IMG/VR virus record: IMGVR_UViG_3300042210_000067
Span: 1-37,848 of that record
Origin: a virus
Taxonomy: Duplodnaviria > Caudoviricetes
Length of the DNA stretch: 37,848 nucleotides
Direction: 5' to 3' (one strand)
Both the position numbers and the translations under genes were made by a program. The notes under the pieces were generated by a model that did no database searches, was not told the origin of the DNA, and saw nothing but the letters and a program-made list of their open reading frames with translations. Shown in pieces: positions 1-8,432 of the stretch; position 1 is the stretch's first letter; each line of letters begins with the position of its first letter.

Positions 1-153
1 TCAGCTTGGTTCCACTCCTGAACCGTTGCAATGCTGACATTGAATAGGGTCATAAGGACAACCTTCTTCTTCCCACTCTTGTTGTGTACGTCCAGTCGCT
101 TTACCTACTCCGGACCCACCACATACGTGGCAAACTTCATTTTCTTCATCCAT
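1..153 (-). CDS. Small (50 aa) DnaJ-type CxxCxGxG zinc-finger protein, not in ORF track
   Basis: Manual translation MDEENEVCHVCGGSGVGKATGRTQQEWEEEGCPYDPIQCQHCNGSGVEPS*; two CxxCxGxG motifs; AAGGA RBS upstream of the ATG at 153. Confidence 0.75.
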   Translation of the reverse strand: MDEENEVCHVCGGSGVGKATGRTQQEWEEEGCPYDPIQCQHCNGSGVEPS

Positions 154-481
154 CTGTCTTTCCTTGAAATTGAGGAAAGCTTTGCTTAGTTAGTACCAAT
201 TCAATCTTAGAATATTTGAGAGCTCTACACAGACTTCCTTACTGCACTTTAACGTCTTAGAACTTATATAACCCGTCTTTAACTTATTTTCTAAACTCAG
301 GTATACTGGATGTTGTCGGACGATTGCGGGACCTCTGAGAACTCACCTTCGAAACGACCAAACTCTGAAACGTGATATCTATCACTAGCTGCACATACTA
401 ACAGAATGCGCAGTTCATCAGCTTACTGTGGTGACCGAGCCTTTGTGTTTACTGGATACAGTTTTCATAAAGGACTAGGTA

Positions 482-1174
482 ATGTGCAGTTCAATTCAAA
501 AATATCTAGATGTACTTAAGGATCATCAGGTCACTACTCATGGGGTGGGGGCTCGGCATAAAGATTTACCCCTGCCAATAGAGGGGGGTAGGTACCTAGA
601 TAACTACACCAAATTAGAACTTTCATTAAGTGACCTTGAATTAGAAAAAGCATTTAACTGCTTACCTCTTCCAAGCCATTGGGCTGAAATCCAGAACCAT
701 ATCGGTGCATTAAAGTTTTTAGAGTTGTGGAGAGGATTAGAAGAACTCCGGACTGGTCATCGGTTACGCATTCAAATTGGTAAGTTGAAGGACAAACACC
801 TGCAGATGACCACTGATGAGTTTGAGCTTTGGCTTGATGCTCAGCGTTTATCTAAGCCATGGTTTGAAGTCTACTATTCGACATCTTCGGAACAATACCG
901 CTTTATATGGAAAACTCTTCACGATGTTGCTTTTTATCCGGGAAGACGAACGCTGCGAGTTTACGTCCCTCTTTTTAATACTTGGAATACGCATTTAAAA
1001 CACATCCTAATGTTCAGCCTTCTTAATGCAGGCGTCCCTAAGTACAAAGTTTCACAACACCTTCTGTTTTGGACTGGCCAAACCGCGTCGCAATCACGCA
1101 TCAACTTAGCTTCAAAGATGATTACTGATTTGAATCCCTCCAATCACAATCAAAAATCAGGCGAAATGGTGTGA
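482..1174 (+). CDS. Putative Mor/C-like late transcription activator
   Basis: LPSHWAEIQNHIGALKFLELW and RVYVP...HILMFSLLNAG segments resemble Mu Mor/C patterns; AAGGA RBS; stop overlaps the terminase small subunit start. Confidence 0.45.
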   Translation: MCSSIQKYLDVLKDHQVTTHGVGARHKDLPLPIEGGRYLDNYTKLELSLSDLELEKAFNCLPLPSHWAEIQNHIGALKFLELWRGLEELRTGHRLRIQIGKLKDKHLQMTTDEFELWLDAQRLSKPWFEVYYSTSSEQYRFIWKTLHDVAFYPGRRTLRVYVPLFNTWNTHLKHILMFSLLNAGVPKYKVSQHLLFWTGQTASQSRINLASKMITDLNPSNHNQKSGEMV

Positions 1175-2139
1175 TGAACGAGCATAAACAGCCAAAGTCC
1201 ATGATTACATTCAAGTGCGCCTCTTGTGATTACACATTCAAGAGCGAAGCATCACGCATTGAAGAAGAACCAAACCGAGCGCATCCGTATCGATATTTCG
1301 CTACTTGCGACAGCTGTCAGCGCGAAGTACAGCAAGTTCCTTGGGAGGTTGGTCAGTTCTGTGCAGTACTGGCAGCGACAGGACCAAGAACAACAGAAGG
1401 TAAAGCTAAATCATCAGCAAATTTGCAGGAAGTGAGCAACAGGGGCGTCAGTCGATTCAACGCACTTAAGCACGGCGCCAACGCAAAAACAGCCTTGTTT
1501 TTCCCTGCTCGCCCTGGCAAATACCCGCAGTGTAAAACCTGCGATGTTGACCATGCCTATTGCGCGACTCAGCCTGCTTGTATCAAACGAACTGAACTGA
1601 TGATGCAGCACCTAATTGCCTTTCAGTCCAATGACCCAACAAAACTCACTGAGCTGCATGCTATCAACCAGGCAAACTTGGCCGCGATATTTCAGGACAT
1701 GATGCAAACCATCGTGTCTGATGGTGTAGCTTTGCGTAATCCCGTTTATGACTTCGATAAAGAAGGTGGTTTCCATATAGGCCAGTACAAAAATGCTCAT
1801 GGCGTACTAGAAACCATTGAGGAAGTGAAAGCTCACCCATTGCTCAAGCCAATGCTTGAGATGCTAAGCAAAAACAACATGTCGATGGCTGACCTCAACA
1901 TGACTCCAAAAGTCCAAGTTGACCACGGCATCGAGATGGGCAAAACGCTGGAACATGAAGATGAAAGAGAATCCGCACTTGAATATCAACGCAAGATGTC
2001 AGAACAAATGGACGGATTACGCGACATGATCTCCCGTTCTAAGCAACGAGTGAGAAGTGACGACATTTTGCTGGAACACAATCAGGAATATTCTGCAGAA
2101 GACGCTGATGTCATTGATGACGAGGTAAATAATGGCTGA
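1174..2139 (+). CDS. Probable terminase small subunit with zinc-binding Cys motifs
   Basis: TGPRTTEGKAKSSAN...NALKHG motif; CxxC pairs; directly upstream of the large terminase. Confidence 0.65.
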   Translation: MNEHKQPKSMITFKCASCDYTFKSEASRIEEEPNRAHPYRYFATCDSCQREVQQVPWEVGQFCAVLAATGPRTTEGKAKSSANLQEVSNRGVSRFNALKHGANAKTALFFPARPGKYPQCKTCDVDHAYCATQPACIKRTELMMQHLIAFQSNDPTKLTELHAINQANLAAIFQDMMQTIVSDGVALRNPVYDFDKEGGFHIGQYKNAHGVLETIEEVKAHPLLKPMLEMLSKNNMSMADLNMTPKVQVDHGIEMGKTLEHEDERESALEYQRKMSEQMDGLRDMISRSKQRVRSDDILLEHNQEYSAEDADVIDDEVNNG

Positions 2140-3730
2140 ACGCGTCACAGCGAAAGAGCGGGTTGAAATCCAGAGCAGAGCTGAAACTGAGATTATGCGA
2201 TATGCCGGAAACCACGGCATGTGGCATAAACATGTTCACAACGTAGAGCTTGACCCAGTCCAGTTGCTCAAAATGGAAGAAATGGATACGCACCAAAATA
2301 CGGTTGATTATAGTTGTCGTCGTACTGGTAAAACTGCCGTCAAAGAAATGTACTTTTTGGAGTACAACGCTATAAACGGCGATCAGGAGGGTGGTATTGT
2401 CGCTCCTCGTGAAGCTCAGTCATTGGTGAATCTTAGTTATCATTTGGATGCAATTCGCCGCTCTGACATTTTGAACGGATACATCGCTTATAAATCGGGA
2501 CGTAAGCAGCTGGCAGACACCTACTACGAATTTGCTAACCGTTCAAAAGCGCGAGCTTACGGCATCATGGCCAACGTCGATGGTGGTGACTTAACCTGGG
2601 CATCATTAGAAGAAGTTGATGATATGGATTCTGATCGTCTTTACGGTCGATTCCTATTGATGATGGGTTCCAATCGCCGCTTAGGCGCAAGTAAAACAGC
2701 CATCAACAAACCACAAATCCGCATTACTGGTGTATTCAAAGGCGCTGACACTCTCAGCGGGTTGATAGATTCTGGTGAGTATAGCTGTCTGCCAACGGTT
2801 GATTGTTACCTTGGCATTGAGCTCGGGATTTTGAATGAAGAATTCATCATGTCGATGCGTAAGCAGCTGCCTGAAGATGAATATATACGTCAACTGCTGT
2901 GCATTAACGTTGCCGCTAAAAACCTGATCTGGGAAAAGTACATTCGCTATGCCATTCAGGTTGGCGTTCGCATTGGTTTGGAACCTGCAGAACCAGAACC
3001 CTACACCGTTTACAAAAAACGTGGCGTTATTTCGTGGGGCTATGACCATACAGGCCATGGTGAAAACCTAGCTTCCTCTCGTTCCTCGTTGGTTATTGAA
3101 GAGCAAATCGGTAACTTCTCGGTCGTTATCTTCGCTAAAACATGGCACCCGGGAACGGATGAGGGGGTTATACGTAAAGATTTGGTCGGATTCTGGCGTT
3201 ACTTTCGCCCGGATTACGCCATCGGTGATGCCTTTGGTATCGGGCTTATCACGCAGGTTAACGATGATCTATTTGCTGAAGGCTTAACGCAAATCGACCG
3301 CAAAAGTATTGGTGGCGGTGAGAGCACGGCCACCACATGGCCAGAATGGGCGTTTTCCCCTTTGCGTTTTGAAGGCATGGCTAAACACCAAATGGCTCAG
3401 TCATTACGTAGCGCATATCACAACCGTCAAATGGTACTTCCTTACGTTGACGATCGGGATACTGACCCCGCATTAGAAGATTACGTCAGCCTGCCAAGGC
3501 AGCTCAAAAACATCAAACCATCACCTGTGAAAGCGGGCAGTTACAGCAGTTATCAGATGGTAAAGAAAGCTCTAGGTGATGACTTATTTGACGCGCACAT
3601 GGCTTCACATTGGGCACTCGTCACTCAAGGCGCCGCGCCAGTACCAAGCATCATCACTATTCACCATAAAACACGCGAACAACTTCTAGGCGCCCCAAGC
3701 GCATTCGATCAGCTAAGGAATTTACGATGA
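2132..3730 (+). CDS. terL: Terminase large subunit
   Basis: Walker A-like RRTGKT, Walker B-like SLEEVD, C-terminal nuclease acidic motifs (GYDHTG, DDLFDA). Confidence 0.88.
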   Translation: MAERVTAKERVEIQSRAETEIMRYAGNHGMWHKHVHNVELDPVQLLKMEEMDTHQNTVDYSCRRTGKTAVKEMYFLEYNAINGDQEGGIVAPREAQSLVNLSYHLDAIRRSDILNGYIAYKSGRKQLADTYYEFANRSKARAYGIMANVDGGDLTWASLEEVDDMDSDRLYGRFLLMMGSNRRLGASKTAINKPQIRITGVFKGADTLSGLIDSGEYSCLPTVDCYLGIELGILNEEFIMSMRKQLPEDEYIRQLLCINVAAKNLIWEKYIRYAIQVGVRIGLEPAEPEPYTVYKKRGVISWGYDHTGHGENLASSRSSLVIEEQIGNFSVVIFAKTWHPGTDEGVIRKDLVGFWRYFRPDYAIGDAFGIGLITQVNDDLFAEGLTQIDRKSIGGGESTATTWPEWAFSPLRFEGMAKHQMAQSLRSAYHNRQMVLPYVDDRDTDPALEDYVSLPRQLKNIKPSPVKAGSYSSYQMVKKALGDDLFDAHMASHWALVTQGAAPVPSIITIHHKTREQLLGAPSAFDQLRNLR

Positions 3731-5103
3731 GCAAGTTCTCCCAAATTTGGGCCATCTTGAGAAATAGACCTCTTCCTTCCGCGCCTAATACATCAGGTAA
3801 CCATCATGGAGAGGCAACAACAGAGAAAGGTCATATTGCTGATCCGGAACGTTCGGTGCAGTACCTTTATGACCAAATGCAAATCGACCCTCAATTAAGA
3901 GCTGCCATCGTAACTATTCGATATATGGATAAGGTTGATCCAAGGGTGAAAAAAATCCACCGTCGTATAGCTCGTGATGCCACCAAAGGCGGTTTGAAAT
4001 TGCATTGGATTGGTAAGGAAAGCCCTCGTATCAACAAACTATGGCAGCAGTTTGTTTTACGTCTGCAGATAAACAACCGTATGAAGCTAATGAGTGATGC
4101 CGCTGGTTTGGCCAAAGAGGGCAACCTTCCTCTGCAATGGATCGTCAATGAATTGCGTCAGGTAACAGGCTCACTGCGTATGCCAACAGAGACCATTATC
4201 CCTATCGTTGACCAAACAGGGCGTTTTAAAGATACCAAGAAAGCGTTTCGTCAGGTTCACCCAGTGACTATGCAAGAGCTGTGTACCTTTCCACTGTGGC
4301 AGCTGACGGTTAGCCGTTTGGACCCTGACAACTTCGATGATATGGGTTGTATGGGGCGCCCATATATGGACGCTTCCCGCGGTATTTGGCAGAAATTGAA
4401 TATGACGGAAGAAGACCTCGTCATTCGTCGTCGCACTCGAGCACCGCAGAAGCTAGCTCACTCACTAGATGGCGCTGACCAAAAGGCTCTGGATGAATAT
4501 CGAGAGCGTGTAGAAGGCGAGTCTGGTGAAATTGCTACCGACTTTTACGGTAACAAACTCAGTGTTACTGCGGTTGGTGGTGATGCTAACCTGGAACAAA
4601 TCGCGGATATCACCTTGTTGATTGATGCTTTCTTCTCGGGCGCTCCAGCTCCAAAAGGTTTGTTTGGTTATGTGGATGACTTAGCTCGTGATGTTCTCGA
4701 AGACTTGAAGCGTGATTATTACGAAGAAATTGATTCATTGCAGGACGCATTGGCTTATGCCTATGAAGATGGTTTTAAGCTGCAGTTATTGTTAGCTGGC
4801 ATTAATCCAGATTCTTATCAGTTCCAGATCCAATTCGCTGAACGTATGACTGACAGCAAAAACCAACGTGCAGATTTGGCTCTTAAATATCAGGCTTTGG
4901 GTATGCCGCGTAAACTTGCTTGGGAAGCAGCTGGTGTTGATACTCAACGAGCTGAGGCAATGCGAGAAGAAGAGGCAAACAGCAATGACCCTTATCCAGA
5001 GCATAACGAACTGGAAGATGAGGAAGACGGAAAACCGAAAGTTAGCATCACGCCAAACAACCAGCCGAAAGGCGAAAGCGCAACTTCAATCAGTAACGGG
5101 TGA
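3727..5103 (+). CDS. Portal protein
   Basis: 458 aa, follows TerL with an ATGA overlap; acidic C-terminal tail typical of portals. Confidence 0.8.
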   Translation: MSKFSQIWAILRNRPLPSAPNTSGNHHGEATTEKGHIADPERSVQYLYDQMQIDPQLRAAIVTIRYMDKVDPRVKKIHRRIARDATKGGLKLHWIGKESPRINKLWQQFVLRLQINNRMKLMSDAAGLAKEGNLPLQWIVNELRQVTGSLRMPTETIIPIVDQTGRFKDTKKAFRQVHPVTMQELCTFPLWQLTVSRLDPDNFDDMGCMGRPYMDASRGIWQKLNMTEEDLVIRRRTRAPQKLAHSLDGADQKALDEYRERVEGESGEIATDFYGNKLSVTAVGGDANLEQIADITLLIDAFFSGAPAPKGLFGYVDDLARDVLEDLKRDYYEEIDSLQDALAYAYEDGFKLQLLLAGINPDSYQFQIQFAERMTDSKNQRADLALKYQALGMPRKLAWEAAGVDTQRAEAMREEEANSNDPYPEHNELEDEEDGKPKVSITPNNQPKGESATSISNG

Positions 5104-6197
5104 ATGCAATGGCCGAGAATGAACGTACTCAGGTAAAAGCCACCATTCGTAGAGCGATGCAGGCAGCAGAACGGGCAACCAATGAACTCGATGCGCAGGC
5201 GATGAGGGAACTGGCAACTCTGTATCAGTCTGCTCTAGTCGAAATTCAATATCTCATTACCAATGCTGCAGATGAACTAGGCATGGTTCGACTTTCCCAG
5301 TTACAGGCTCTTACCACTCAGATTGAAGGCATCCTTAATCAGGTAAATCTAACTCAATCGAACATGGTTGATGGTTATATCGTTGAAGCGGCCAAGAACG
5401 GTGGTAATACGTTTTCAACCACTATCCCTGCAGAGCGAGTTTCGCAGTCTATTGATTCAGCTGTTTTAGCTGTGCGAACTATGCAGCAAAAAGATGGTTT
5501 ACAGCTTAGCGATCGTCTCTGGCGTGTTCATCGCAATGCAAAAGAACAGTTAATTCAGGCTGTAGAACGTGCGGTTATTTTGGGTAACTCTGCAGCTGAT
5601 GCAGCGCAGGAATATCAGCGAAGGGCTGAGGCGGTACCTTCGGAGATTACTCAACAGGCAAACATGGCAAGCAACTCAGCACTCAATAAAAAAATGAAAG
5701 ATGTCCTGATAGATGATCAAGGCGCACCGTATCACCAAATTAAGCGAGTAATGCGTACTGAAATCAACCGAGCTCATGGCATGGCTTTTCAGAATTCAGC
5801 CTTTGAGGATGAGTTTGTTGTGGGTACCAAATTCAAACTTAGCCCTAATCACCCAAGGAGGGATATTTGCGATATGCACGCCAGGGTTAATTTGTATGGC
5901 TTGGGAAAAGGTGTTTATCCGAAAGGGAAAAGCCCATGGCCAGCGCATCCAAATACATTGAGTTATGAACAAGTGGTGTTCATCGATGAAATCACAGAAG
6001 AAGATAGAACCAATACATCAAATCGCGTTGATTGGTTAAAAGGGCAGAGCAGAGACACACAAAAAGCGGTGCTTGGCCATGATAAAAAGGTATCCGCATT
6101 ACATCGGGATATCCTGTCTCAAAATATGATAGCTACGCCTTGGAAGCATGTAGAACCAGCCTTGAAACGTAAGGGTATTGATACAGACAGCCTGTGA
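5100..6197 (+). CDS. Head morphogenesis protein (Mu gpF / SPP1 gp7-like)
   Basis: RVMRTEINRAHG, ICD and PAHPN motifs; position after the portal. Confidence 0.8.
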   Translation: MNAMAENERTQVKATIRRAMQAAERATNELDAQAMRELATLYQSALVEIQYLITNAADELGMVRLSQLQALTTQIEGILNQVNLTQSNMVDGYIVEAAKNGGNTFSTTIPAERVSQSIDSAVLAVRTMQQKDGLQLSDRLWRVHRNAKEQLIQAVERAVILGNSAADAAQEYQRRAEAVPSEITQQANMASNSALNKKMKDVLIDDQGAPYHQIKRVMRTEINRAHGMAFQNSAFEDEFVVGTKFKLSPNHPRRDICDMHARVNLYGLGKGVYPKGKSPWPAHPNTLSYEQVVFIDEITEEDRTNTSNRVDWLKGQSRDTQKAVLGHDKKVSALHRDILSQNMIATPWKHVEPALKRKGIDTDSL

Positions 6198-6290
6198 ATA
6201 ACTTGCCCCCTGTTTTCCACGTAGATTTCCTTATAATGCTTACGTCAGTCAAAAAGTTAGAGACAATCAGTCAGTTGCTAGGGGATTACA

Positions 6291-6491
6291 ATGAGTGTTG
6301 CATCAAATCAAAATCATCAGCTAAACCACACCACTCAACTTGTCAGTAAGGTCACTTGTATTTGTGGTCACTGCATTTGTGATAGCGAAGGTATCATCCG
6401 TTCTCGATGCGTGAAGCTTCATGAAGGTACAGCATTGTGCCGTTGTAAGCGTTGGGTAAAAGTGCCAGTTGTAATCAATACTGAGGATTAA
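6291..6491 (+). CDS. Small Cys-rich zinc-ribbon protein (Mu Com-like)
   Basis: CICGHCIC...CRCKRWVKV; AGGGG RBS; TATAAT at 6232-6237 upstream. Confidence 0.55.
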   Translation: MSVASNQNHQLNHTTQLVSKVTCICGHCICDSEGIIRSRCVKLHEGTALCRCKRWVKVPVVINTED

Positions 6492-6578
6492 TCTAGTTCT
6501 CAAATTTATATTGTTACCATAACAATATGAAACAACACTGTTATTATCTTTTGAGTCTTGTACAAAGGTGACCGAGCC

Positions 6579-7244
6579 ATGAAGAATCAAAAAGGAAATG
6601 CAGTTGTATTTATTGTTGTATTGATATTGATAGTTGCTCCATTTGTTTGGGTTTACAACCGTGCTGGTTGGTGGGGGGTAATACCAGCCGTCATCTGCAC
6701 AATCCTATTTTTGGGGTGGTTAATTAATAAAATCTCTTCACCAAGTAAGAAAGAACGCGAAGAAATAGAAAATCATATTAGGAGAATATTTGAAGGCACT
6801 TATTCTTTTAAGGATAAAAAGAGCATTCAAAAATCATTACCATCTGATTACAAAGCTCCTTTTGGTTCAGCTGCCCAAGTGTACGATTGCATACGATTAT
6901 CATTAACGAGCAAGAAAAGGGATATTGCTGAGCAACGGTTTCAAGATATAGATTTTTTCTTTGGTAACTTTCTTGAATACAAGCATTTGTTTACTAGTGA
7001 GCTTATCGAGTTCATCCAGTTTCAAGTAGATGATGCTAAACACATGTTTGCTAATACGCTATTTATAAATTTAGCAACGCAACATTATGAAAAAGCCCAA
7101 ACATTGAAAACGGTTAAATCCAAAACAAAATATGCACAGATGGCTTTGGATGTTTTAGATGAAGGGATTGCTCATCCAGAAACTGATGAGCAAATGCTAC
7201 GAGGTCATAAAGTACAGATTGAAGAGTACATTCAGTCGTTATAG
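6579..7244 (+). CDS. Moron: membrane-anchored hypothetical protein (two N-terminal TM helices)
   Basis: Two hydrophobic stretches followed by a soluble helical region; AT-rich; AAGGTG RBS before ATG 6579. Confidence 0.7.
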   Translation: MKNQKGNAVVFIVVLILIVAPFVWVYNRAGWWGVIPAVICTILFLGWLINKISSPSKKEREEIENHIRRIFEGTYSFKDKKSIQKSLPSDYKAPFGSAAQVYDCIRLSLTSKKRDIAEQRFQDIDFFFGNFLEYKHLFTSELIEFIQFQVDDAKHMFANTLFINLATQHYEKAQTLKTVKSKTKYAQMALDVLDEGIAHPETDEQMLRGHKVQIEEYIQSL

Positions 7245-7250
7245 TGAAAT

Positions 7251-7622
7251 TTACTTTATGGCTTTTTCAGTTCTAGCTAAGTACTTATCCATTTTTTCAC
7301 AATAGCTGATAGCTTGTTCTGAGCAATATACACATTGGAATGCTAAATCTGCGGCTTGGTAGGCAGGCATTCTGAAGATCACGTCATTTGATTTTTTGAT
7401 GGAGTCTTGCAACTGCTTAGCTTCTTCTCTGAAAGGCGCGGACAACTCAATACACTGTTTTAACTGTTCAGTATCTGCATATTGATATGTTTCAGATTGG
7501 CTGATTCCTTGTTTTTGAAGTGCTTTAAGTTGTATAAATATCAGCATGTTATCTTCATTTGCAAAAGAAATTGATGAGTGAAGCAATCCGAAAGTGAGAA
7601 GTGTATAAACTAGAAATTTCAT
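7251..7622 (-). CDS. Moron: secreted/periplasmic protein with Sec signal peptide and four Cys
   Basis: MKFLVYTLLTFGLLHSSISFA-NED signal; AAGGA RBS before ATG 7622; opposite strand to the virion genes. Confidence 0.7.
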   Translation of the reverse strand: MKFLVYTLLTFGLLHSSISFANEDNMLIFIQLKALQKQGISQSETYQYADTEQLKQCIELSAPFREEAKQLQDSIKKSNDVIFRMPAYQAADLAFQCVYCSEQAISYCEKMDKYLARTEKAIK

Positions 7623-7790
7623 ATTGGTCCTTGAGTTTGAAGCGAATAATTTCCACTGAGTATAAATGCTCAATAATGCGCATAATGTTAGTAATTGCTA
7701 AATGCGAAGTTCGTGAAGTATATGAATCTGCGTGCGGTATCACGAAAATAAAAAATAGAGAATGAATTGGTACTAAAGTACTAGTAACGT

Positions 7791-7810
7791 AACTGGATAT
7801 TTAAACAGTA
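7791..7810. promoter_or_regulatory. Putative LexA (SOS) box
   Basis: AACTGGATATTTAAACAGTA matches CTG(T/G)-N8-ACAG with an AT-rich spacer; 13 bp before the 7824 ATG. Confidence 0.7.
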
Positions 7811-7823
7811 CTTAGGGTGTTAC

Positions 7824-8321
7824 ATGAGTAGACAATATGAAGAAGAATTCATTCCAGCTATGTTTGTGTTGGTTGTTTTAGTTTTTGCCTCTTTCTCCTT
7901 TTTATTAGCAAAATCCTTTGAGGCTCCTTGGGATATTACTTTTTACTTTATGCTTAAATCTTTGTTTATAACGGCAATTTACTGTTTTTATGCATGGGTT
8001 AGGTATCATTTGCTACGGAATGAGTTCCAAACTAATTATGGCTACTACGGTTATACAAAGAGCTGGTATCACTACATACGAATTTGGCCGATAGCTATTT
8101 TATTAATTTTTATCGTTAGCTTTGAAATGCTAGACCACTCTGGAACAGTGACATACTCTGGTTTTTTCGCTAAAGCAAAAACCCCACTCCGTTACTATGA
8201 TGCTGATAAGGCTTGGTATACGTTTTGGTATAGTAAGCTGCTTATTTCCTGTTTAATTTTGATTGGTGGAAACTTAGTTCATCATACTTTAGCTAAATGG
8301 TTTAGAAGCGTATTTGACTAA
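7824..8321 (+). CDS. Moron: about 4-TM integral membrane protein
   Basis: Four hydrophobic/aromatic segments; AT-rich. Confidence 0.7.
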   Translation: MSRQYEEEFIPAMFVLVVLVFASFSFLLAKSFEAPWDITFYFMLKSLFITAIYCFYAWVRYHLLRNEFQTNYGYYGYTKSWYHYIRIWPIAILLIFIVSFEMLDHSGTVTYSGFFAKAKTPLRYYDADKAWYTFWYSKLLISCLILIGGNLVHHTLAKWFRSVFD

Positions 8322-8382
8322 AACTAACTAACCCCTCCAAACGGTTAGATGCTCATTCCAAACTGTCCATAAATGGCGACCG

Positions 8383-8409
8383 AGCCCCTGAACTTTCAGG
8401 GGCTTTTTT
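8383..8409 (+). terminator. Intrinsic terminator-like hairpin
   Basis: AGCCCCTGAA-CT-TTCAGGGGCT followed by a T run. Confidence 0.7.
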
Positions 8410-8432
8410 CGTTTATAGGCAAAGGAAATCTC

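Noticed and set aside
448-465. TACTGGATACAGT as a LexA box
   Set aside because: Spacing between CTG and CAG is far too short for CTGT-N8-ACAG
154-481. Possible attL site
   Set aside because: No convincing direct repeat shared with the region around the integrase end was found by eye; att sites may lie outside the window
567-590. Imperfect dyad TACCCCT...GGGGGTA
   Set aside because: Lies inside a coding region with no well-placed -10; cannot support it as a promoter or packaging site
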